Shown in pieces: positions 57,182 through 64,000 of a stretch of 64,000 nucleotides of DNA (position 1 is its first letter; each line of letters begins with the position of its first letter). The DNA lies in sequence record PQ741806.1; one strand, 5' to 3'. The notes below the pieces were generated by a model, which saw only the letters and a list, made by a program, of their open reading frames with translations, searched no databases and was not told the DNA's origin. Made by a program: the position numbers and the translations under genes.

Positions 57182-57674
57182 CGTTATGTTCAGTATGGGT
57201 CGTTAATCCATACCCGGTAGTATAATTACCACATGATAATTACCACCTGCTGCATGTCACCATGCAGACCAGACTATATCTTCACCCTTCCTTTCAGAGT
57301 GGGGTGTCTCCCATTTCGAGTCACTTGACCCTACATCCTATTTCTAGGACCGGTGCACCTGATACCGTAATAGTCGTTGAACCTTCTCCTATTCCTAAAT
57401 GGAATGTTACGGAGCTTGGCTGCTGATTGGCCCTACCTAATCTTTTTCAAACCTTGGCTTTGTCTTTCGACTCGCAGTGGTAGATTAGTTTAACAGGATA
57501 TCCCAGCAATTAGAGAGAACTCACCCCAATGATTACTCACTGGGGGAACTAGACTTGATTAACTTAATAAGGTATTTATCAAGCACTTCATATTCAATTT
57601 TAAATGAAGCCGGATCAAAGACGGACACTACTCCGTTTTGTTCCATTGTTTTTACCTTATTTAGTTAGTTGTCC
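57182..57674 (-). mobile_element. Group I intron (IA2, td-like), 493 nt, inserted between N and A of NADFDGD; carries only a 37-codon mini-ORF
   Basis: P, Q, R and S elements; P2 hairpin CCCCAGTGA-GTAA-TCATTGGGG; ends AACATAACG. Confidence 0.92.
57533..57646 (-). pseudogene. 37-aa mini-ORF in the intron P1 loop; probable remnant of a homing endonuclease gene
   Basis: TAAGGT RBS plus ATG: MEQNGVVSVFDPASFKIEYEVLDKYLIKLIKSSSPSE; no HNH motif left. Confidence 0.5.
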
Positions 57675-57782
57675 ATTAGGCGCTTTAAGGCATAATACTG
57701 ACATGCTGATTGAATTATCATTAATGTCATCTTTTACTTTAGTAATAAAGAATTGTTGAGTAGATCCACGTTGAAGGGTCGG
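57675..57782 (-). CDS. nvRNAP catalytic beta-prime subunit, exon 2 (108 nt): PTLQRGSTQQFFITKVKDDINDNSISMSVLCLKAPN
   Basis: Manual translation; HRN+PTLQR matches bacterial beta-prime NRxPTLHR. Confidence 0.92.
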
Positions 57783-58087
57783 CGTTGTGTTCAGATAAGT
57801 TCGTTAAGCTTATCCCGTCTATTAATAATAGACAGCTGCATGTCACCATGCAGACCAGACTATATCTTCACCTTTGGCATTACCCAGTAAGGTGCTCCCC
57901 ATTTCGAGTCACTTGACTCTACTCTACTCGGTTCACTTTCGTGCCTTTCGATAGTCGTTGAACGTTCAATCCATTTCTGGAAAGCTTCGCTGCTGATTGT
58001 CTCATTGAGATGTCCCAGCAATTAAAGGAGTTTTGTCGAGTAATATTTCTATTACAAGGAAACCATTTAGTATTAATATACAAATTA
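57783..58087 (-). mobile_element. Group I intron (IA2, td-like), 305 nt, ORF-less, inserted between HRN and PTL
   Basis: P1 GAAAU/GUUUC with a U-G pair at the splice site; P, Q, R and S elements; ends AACACAACG. Confidence 0.92.
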
Positions 58088-59224
58088 ATTTCGGTGAAAA
58101 GTGCAACCCATTCCTTTATATGGTGCGGCCTCTGCAATTAACTCTTTAAATAGATCAGCGATGATTTGGTTATATTGAAGTACATTCTCATATACAAATG
58201 AGAATGCTTCACGAGTTGTCATGTTAAACTTAGCTTTTAACTTGTTAGTTAGATGATACTTTAATAATTGACAACCTACTCCCCAAGGGATATGTAATTC
58301 ATCATAATCATGCGGGTCACTAATAGAAGTGATTACTGCACGTGCCGTAGCGTTGAGACGAGCACCAAACATGTGACGCCGAGCAAGACCAGGCTTTTGA
58401 GCAATTCGTGATTTTGCGTAGATCTCGTAGAACTGGCCATATAGTCTTAGTCCTCGCATAGTCCTATTCTGAGCTTTAATTGGACTAAGTGGTACAGATG
58501 ATGCATCAATACTAGCGAAGGTTAAGGTAGCATCAATTGCTGCTTCAATTGGTTTATCTAAGTAAGTACCAGATGTGGTTGATTCTGCTACGAAACAGAG
58601 TTTAGAAGGAACTGGTAAATATTTAGGGAATAACTTATCTTTATTCTGAGCAACGAATTGAGCGAATTCGGATTTATTATTAGAAATAATATTTGCATCT
58701 AGTAGGAATTGGAAGATCTCATTGAAATTATCAATGAAGTGATTTAATCCTCTTTCAAATCCTCGATGCAGTAGCCTATCTACTTTTCTGCGTGTTTCTT
58801 TAGAACCAATAGATTCCACATCGTATCGATAAGAAGTATCAGTTAGATATGCTAAGAAATCGAATTCTTTAGTTACTAGATATCCGGTTAGCATAATGAT
58901 TAAACGTGGGTTAATTAGACTACGTACATGTTTTGGTGTACGAACCCACATTGATGGTTCGATAGGGCGGCTAGAAGTATTGACAACTGGAGTATTACAA
59001 ATATCACAGATTACTCCGAGTTTATGTGCGTCTTCGATTGCTCGACAATCACAACTTACGCTACTTTCAATTGCTTCTGAATCTTGGAAATGAGAATAGA
59101 AATGCCTATCAAATTCTTCTTTCTCATCTGAGTTACTCGTATTGTAATCATTGGCATAAATACGTTTACCCGTAAATTGATCATGTACTTCATCATGATC
59201 AACAACTTTGGCATAAAGACCCAT
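58088..59224 (-). CDS. nvRNAP catalytic beta-prime subunit, exon 1 (gp55)
   Basis: Zn finger CDC...CDIC; KPGLARRHMFGARLNATARAVIT (bacterial [22 protein letters not shown]); spliced product 379+36+72 = 487 aa. Confidence 0.92.
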
Positions 59225-59259
59225 ACCAAACTCCTATTTATCGATTAACAAAAAAAGGA

Positions 59260-59292
59260 GATATAAGCGGCCCCCGAAGGAGCCGCTATATC
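59260..59292 (-). terminator. Strong intrinsic terminator with a UUCG loop and a downstream U8 tract
   Basis: Minus-strand sense AGCGGCTCC-TTCG-GGGGCCGCT...CCTTTTTTTT. Confidence 0.85.
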
Positions 59293-59293
59293 A

Positions 59294-59618
59294 GTTTTTA
59301 CAATGGACCACCAACGGAGCCTGGCCCGAGCCTAGCGTCATCTACAAAGCTTAACCTCCGCTCTTCTTTGTAGCATACCGGCACTAGTCTCATTTACCAT
59401 CCATTGTAGTTTTTGATCACACGTTACCTTTTGAGTAACTCCTTTCGGTTAAGTGATCTATCATCCTCGTGTAGTGATAGGTCGACCTAGACTAAGTCCA
59501 CTAGTCGATTACTTCACGGAACCTACTCCTAACCGTTATCACCGAAGTGAACCAGGGTCGCAGTATTAGAATCGGGATGTTACTTATTTAACATCCCTAT
59601 CTACCGAGGTATTTCCTA
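59294..59618 (-). ncRNA. Putative structured RNA (chimallin 3' trailer or separate ncRNA), class unknown
   Basis: No ORF; many nested stems; cUUCGg and GAAA tetraloops; a possible pseudoknot. Confidence 0.6.
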
Positions 59619-61499
59619 TTAGTACCAGGTACCCGGTGCATTATAGGAAGGAGCGCCGTAAGTTTGACCCATGCTGCCAGCCATGCCAACTTGTGCACTA
59701 CCAGAAACAGCCATGTTACCCATACCGGTGTAACCAGCGAAGCGCTGTTGACCGAAGTTGGTAATTAGGTTTTCCATGGTTACAGTTACACCAGCTGCTG
59801 CTGCTGCGGCATCCATTGCGGTGATGAATTTCGGGTTAAAGGTTAGACGACGAGCACGACCAGTATAGGTAACGTTACCTAGGTACATCTTGTCGAAGCC
59901 TTTACTGTTATTCATACGACGCACAATGTGGTCATTACCTACTTGAGTAGCATACCAGGTCTTCCACTCTTGATCGTTACCTTCAGACATGTTCATGGCA
60001 CCTAGAACGTCAAGATCACGACGGTCACTTAGTTCGCCATGCTCATCAGTGTAGTGACCGAGGTCTACTTCATGATGGTTGTCAAAGATGATCGGACCAG
60101 CTTCAGCTAGGTTATAGAACTGACGGAAATCAGTGCCATATAGGTTAGTTAGAGCTTGGAAGATCAGGCTAACTGCACGAGCTTGGTTTACGCCACCAGC
60201 TGCATCTAGGACTACTTGCTCAAGAGCAGAGTTGTCACCCATCGGATCGATATCGATCTGGAATGCAGGGTTCTGGTTAACCATCTTGTTCATTAGCATT
60301 ACGAAGTTGCTGTCGTCTGCCATGAATGCTTCGGTGCGAGTTTCAATCGCTTTACCTAGCTCTGAGTAATAACCAAGTGCACCAATATCACGCATCTTGC
60401 TGGTAGCGATCTTCGGCATTAGGGTACGAGCCCATGCCTGGGATGCAGTTGCACGATACGCATTACCAAGTGCGAACAGCCACATTTCTAGAGTCCATGC
60501 TTGGATCCAGGAAGCCTTACGAACGTCAGTGATAACGATGTAAGGAGTGAACTGCGGAGGTAGAACTGCACCAGGTAGAGTTACGCCGAACATACCTTGT
60601 TGCTGGCCAGTGGTCGGAGTCCAATGTAGGTCTACGAATAGACTAACTTGGTTTAGCTGGCTATCGGTATCATAGAACTCGTTCTCAGGTACGTTGGTTT
60701 TCTTACCACGGCTAGTGGAGATAACCAGGTCAGAACGAATCGGATTACCGCAGCTATCTTTAACCGGAATACCATTGTAGTCTAGGTTGCAGGTAAGCTG
60801 TTCGTTTTCTGCTTTGATGTGGGTCGCAATAGAGAACGGAGTCTCATTGTTACGACGTGCGATAGCATCTTCACAGATATTAACAGATTCAACTAGTAGG
60901 TTCTTAACAGCTAGTTCATCTTTGAAGTCGAAGTCAGCATACACTGCACGGGGACCGGCAGATAGTACTTCTAGACCAGGGATGTTGTAACGGTTCCGTA
61001 GGAATTCGCCGATCTTGCTCCAGTATTGAGCAGTGAATACATCACGCGGTAGTACCTTCTCTTCAATGATGTCATCAGTTAGACCATTGTTGATCTTGTG
61101 GGTACGGGGACGGATGCGAGTACCAGGTAGGTTATCGAGTACTAGAGTACGAACGAATGCCTTCATGGAACCATTGATATCTTTAGCTAGTTTAACAATT
61201 AGTAGACCAGCCATACCAACTTGTTGCGCATCGCGATCGAAACGATGGATATCGAAATCATCAGGTAGGTCCTGATGGCGGATTGCTTCTTCTTTTACTT
61301 TAGTGAATACTTGTAGGGCATCTGCTGAACGAGCATCAGAACCATCTAGCCGCCCAGAGCGACGCATTAGATGGTTAATGCCAGTAGTTGACCCAGGTGC
61401 GCCAGCAGGACGTTGAGCTTGACGCTGTGCAGTGGGTTGCGGAGCCGGAGTGGTAGCTTGAGTTTGAACGGTGCCGATTTCGTTTTCGTTAACAGCCAT
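59619..61499 (-). CDS. chmA: Chimallin, major phage nucleus shell protein (phiKZ gp54/PhuN)
   Basis: 626-aa gene immediately upstream of gp55; sequence recognised as the phiKZ-type shell protein; strong high-expression codon bias. Confidence 0.92.
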   Translation of the reverse strand: MAVNENEIGTVQTQATTPAPQPTAQRQAQRPAGAPGSTTGINHLMRRSGRLDGSDARSADALQVFTKVKEEAIRHQDLPDDFDIHRFDRDAQQVGMAGLLIVKLAKDINGSMKAFVRTLVLDNLPGTRIRPRTHKINNGLTDDIIEEKVLPRDVFTAQYWSKIGEFLRNRYNIPGLEVLSAGPRAVYADFDFKDELAVKNLLVESVNICEDAIARRNNETPFSIATHIKAENEQLTCNLDYNGIPVKDSCGNPIRSDLVISTSRGKKTNVPENEFYDTDSQLNQVSLFVDLHWTPTTGQQQGMFGVTLPGAVLPPQFTPYIVITDVRKASWIQAWTLEMWLFALGNAYRATASQAWARTLMPKIATSKMRDIGALGYYSELGKAIETRTEAFMADDSNFVMLMNKMVNQNPAFQIDIDPMGDNSALEQVVLDAAGGVNQARAVSLIFQALTNLYGTDFRQFYNLAEAGPIIFDNHHEVDLGHYTDEHGELSDRRDLDVLGAMNMSEGNDQEWKTWYATQVGNDHIVRRMNNSKGFDKMYLGNVTYTGRARRLTFNPKFITAMDAAAAAAGVTVTMENLITNFGQQRFAGYTGMGNMAVSGSAQVGMAGSMGQTYGAPSYNAPGTWY

Positions 61500-61571
61500 T
61501 TTAAATACCTTTACGATTATGGTTTCTTGATCAAGAAGAACCTAAGTACTTAGTATACTAGATTCAATTTA

Positions 61572-61591
61572 GTAATATAAATCTCAAATTT
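61572..61591 (-). promoter_or_regulatory. Early promoter AAATTTGAGATTTATATTAC for chimallin
   Basis: TATATTAC motif about 75 nt upstream of the ATG. Confidence 0.85.
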
Positions 61592-61810
61592 TTTTCATTA
61601 CAACATAGACGCTATAATCTGCTATCAGCAGATCGTAACGAACACTATGTTCACTACATATTATTACAATCTGAGTATTATTTATTTTTCATCTTACAAT
61701 TTCCATATCTTCTTTTTTGAGTTTATGGGTATAAAGTTTGAATCCAGAAACTAATTTACGTCAGTCCTGTATTAAATAATAACTATCAGTATTTTTATAA
61801 AATGCAGTTA

Positions 61811-62176
61811 TCATTTACTTCGCATATACTTACGAACTGTTCCAAAAAGAGAATGATACAGTTTGTATAGTTTACTAACTGGATCAACTTTATTATTATC
61901 AGTTGTATCAAATTTAGCAATAAATGGTGAATGTGCCGAAGCAGATGTTTCATTTACTTTAACTACACTACCAAATCGATATGCGACTAATACCTTTATT
62001 AATTCCTCATGGAGTTTAGTAGCAGTTGCTAATGGATTGGGATCATTAGGATCTATCTTAATCCTACGCTCGACATTGAAAAAGTTTACTACAATTTCTT
62101 TGCTAGTCATGTATACAGTAAGATCTTTGTTATTACCTAAATATAGTGGCGGATCTTCAACATTATTTTTAGCCAT
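61811..62176 (-). CDS. Hypothetical protein (gp53-like)
   Basis: AGGA RBS; early-type promoter upstream. Confidence 0.7.
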   Translation of the reverse strand: MAKNNVEDPPLYLGNNKDLTVYMTSKEIVVNFFNVERRIKIDPNDPNPLATATKLHEELIKVLVAYRFGSVVKVNETSASAHSPFIAKFDTTDNNKVDPVSKLYKLYHSLFGTVRKYMRSK

Positions 62177-62217
62177 TGTATATTCCTATTTGTAATTACT
62201 ACTGTTGTTACCAAACT

Positions 62218-62235
62218 ATGATATAGATCTCAATT
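62218..62235 (-). promoter_or_regulatory. Early-type promoter AATTGAGATCTATATCAT
   Basis: Same AGATCTATATCAT core as 44679. Confidence 0.65.
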
Positions 62236-62257
62236 AATTTTTAATCGGATAATAACC

Positions 62258-63349
62258 ATGTATAATTTATTTAAGAATGCTCCGTCACGTAAATTGGGGC
62301 AGGTGGTTGATCCTAACATCCATTATATCCGACGAATCTACGCTGAGCAAATTAGGGACGTTAAAAGTTATTATAGACGGGCACCGAAGTATGTTGAATC
62401 TAAAAACATATTAGCACAAATGATTCGACATTTTAACGTAGAGTTACTAAGTGATGATGCTACTTTTATAAAGAACGTGGACGATCGTTCACGTGCTATT
62501 ATTCGTTCATTTGGTATTACATCATCTTTAAATAAAGGTAAGGTTCATGTAGGTGGTGTTACACTTGGTCCTCAAACTGAAGAAGTTCTAGTATCCACAT
62601 CAGAGAGCTTTGATCTAAAAGATCTAAATAAAACATGGTATAAACTTTCCCCTGTTACGTATCTGTATCATACACGTACTGATACTAATTTACCTATCAT
62701 GAACAATACCACACAGGGTAGAGGCTATGGTGTAACTCTAGTAAATATACCAATGCTTCTTGTGATGTACCGTTACTGGTATCGATGGCAAGTTGAGAAG
62801 AATCCTGATGAAGTAGAAGACACTTATAGGTTTATAGGATCATTTGTATTGCCAAATATGGTTGACTCTTATTTAGATATTTCTTTCTTTAATAGGTTAG
62901 CAAGGAATGCTTTAGATATTAAAAATCCAACATTCCCTATACCGCATCCATTTTACATCACTGATATGAATCCACGTATTGATAAACTATGTACAACTAT
63001 CAATAGAGAATCCATATTAAAAGGTGTAGACATGGAAGGTTTATCATGGATAACACCAGCTATCGTACAATCTAATTTGTTCGATATGATGCGGCTCCCA
63101 CGAGAACCTATTAACAGGAATAATGAATGGGCTTATGTATTGGCTCGCACACCCTTCATTAAGTATCTTGTAGGGCAGCTTTTAAAGAATACTGGTTATG
63201 ATCAATCTTCTGTTAACACTGTATTAATTGATCTTATAGAAGCATCTAATGATCAAGCATTTAAGCAACAAGCAAATAGTGAGTTTGTAAAAGCTCAACA
63301 GGCACAAGTTGATTGGATGATAGATGCACTTAAAAGAAAAGAAATGTGA
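62258..63349 (+). CDS. Conserved core protein (gp52-like)
   Basis: 363-aa ORF; synteny near chimallin. Confidence 0.75.
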   Translation: MYNLFKNAPSRKLGQVVDPNIHYIRRIYAEQIRDVKSYYRRAPKYVESKNILAQMIRHFNVELLSDDATFIKNVDDRSRAIIRSFGITSSLNKGKVHVGGVTLGPQTEEVLVSTSESFDLKDLNKTWYKLSPVTYLYHTRTDTNLPIMNNTTQGRGYGVTLVNIPMLLVMYRYWYRWQVEKNPDEVEDTYRFIGSFVLPNMVDSYLDISFFNRLARNALDIKNPTFPIPHPFYITDMNPRIDKLCTTINRESILKGVDMEGLSWITPAIVQSNLFDMMRLPREPINRNNEWAYVLARTPFIKYLVGQLLKNTGYDQSSVNTVLIDLIEASNDQAFKQQANSEFVKAQQAQVDWMIDALKRKEM

Positions 63350-63353
63350 CATA

Positions 63354-63379
63354 AACCCCCTCCTAAATTGGAGGGGGTT
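63354..63379. terminator. Bidirectional terminator AACCCCCTCC-TAAATT-GGAGGGGGTT
   Basis: 10-bp stem between convergent genes, with CATAA and TATATG flanks. Confidence 0.85.
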
Positions 63380-63392
63380 ATATGCCGTTTTA

Positions 63393-63986
63393 TTAGAAAT
63401 TACCTTTCTTCATTTTAGAAAGTAATTTTCTACGTTCAGCTCGGTTAATTCCTGGGATAGCTGGTAATAGCATTTTATTACTAAACTTACCTGGCTTGCG
63501 GTCATGATTTAGTAATTGATCAACTACAGCTTGGTCACTGCTTTTAACTCCATTATCCATTTCATCTAATGGGTCCATAATAGCTTTAGCAGTCAATCTT
63601 AGATGAGTAACTAGTTCATCAAATGAACTATCGGTATTAATAAGTTGTTTATCAACACCTTCTTTAAGAGCTTGTTTAATAGTTACGTCTTTTACCAGGA
63701 TATTATCACATTCCCAAAGAGTTGTATGATGGGTATTTAGCATTAATTCAAGTGAGACATTATTGTAATCGTTGTCAGCACTTGAGTGCCAATTGAATTC
63801 ATCAATATAGTCATTTAGACTCATTAACTTTGGTGGTTCGTTACTAGAGGTAATTAAACCAATTGGTTGAACATCATCTAGTGAACTTTTATCACTAGTA
63901 ATTGCAGTTGTTTCAGTAGTAACATCAACTTCTTTTAATTCGTTGGTATAAGTTACATATACTAATTCTTCACTACCGTCATCCAA
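63393..63986 (-). CDS. Hypothetical protein (gp51-like) with a basic C-terminal NRAERRK motif; the true start may lie beyond the window
   Basis: ORF track. Confidence 0.6.
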   Translation of the reverse strand: MDDGSEELVYVTYTNELKEVDVTTETTAITSDKSSLDDVQPIGLITSSNEPPKLMSLNDYIDEFNWHSSADNDYNNVSLELMLNTHHTTLWECDNILVKDVTIKQALKEGVDKQLINTDSSFDELVTHLRLTAKAIMDPLDEMDNGVKSSDQAVVDQLLNHDRKPGKFSNKMLLPAIPGINRAERRKLLSKMKKGNF

Positions 63987-64000
63987 AAGAACATAGGCTG

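Noticed and set aside
57919-58137. 72-aa ORF overlapping intron 1 as a possible homing endonuclease
   Set aside because: Starts out of frame inside exon 1 and runs through the ribozyme core; no HNH, GIY-YIG or LAGLIDADG motif
59294-59618. tRNA, tmRNA, RNase P RNA or group II intron identity for the chimallin trailer
   Set aside because: No T-loop/CCA cloverleaf, tmRNA termini, RNase P GAGGAAAGUCC motif or domain V motif found by eye; Infernal is still needed

Overview
A 64-kb, AT-rich segment of a phiKZ-like, nucleus-forming Pseudomonas jumbo phage (Phikzvirus/Chimalliviridae). It is reversed relative to phiKZ numbering and spans roughly gp51 to gp105. The gp numbers are my synteny count from anchors I recognise by sequence (chimallin gp54, nvRNAP gp55/gp68/gp71-73/gp74, vRNAP gp80, inner-head gp89-97), not database hits. 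The left half is the late virion and inner-head block. The right half is the conserved nucleus/transcription block: chimallin, ChmC, PicA/Imp1, nvRNAP subunits, an SbcD-like nuclease, an SF2 helicase and the gp82 part of the split B-family DNA polymerase. Features the ORF track misses: (1) three T4-td-like group I introns without intact endonuclease ORFs, two of which split the catalytic beta-prime gene into three exons; (2) an approximately 325-nt multi-domain structured RNA directly behind the chimallin stop codon; (3) a probable -1 programmed frameshift at T_TTT_TTT fusing gp77 to gp76, resembling tail-chaperone G/GT pairs; (4) a hidden 122-codon ORF with no canonical start behind gp82, reachable by an AUA start or a -1 slip at C_CCA_AAG; (5) several unannotated microproteins behind early promoters. 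No CRISPR array, tRNA or rRNA was seen.
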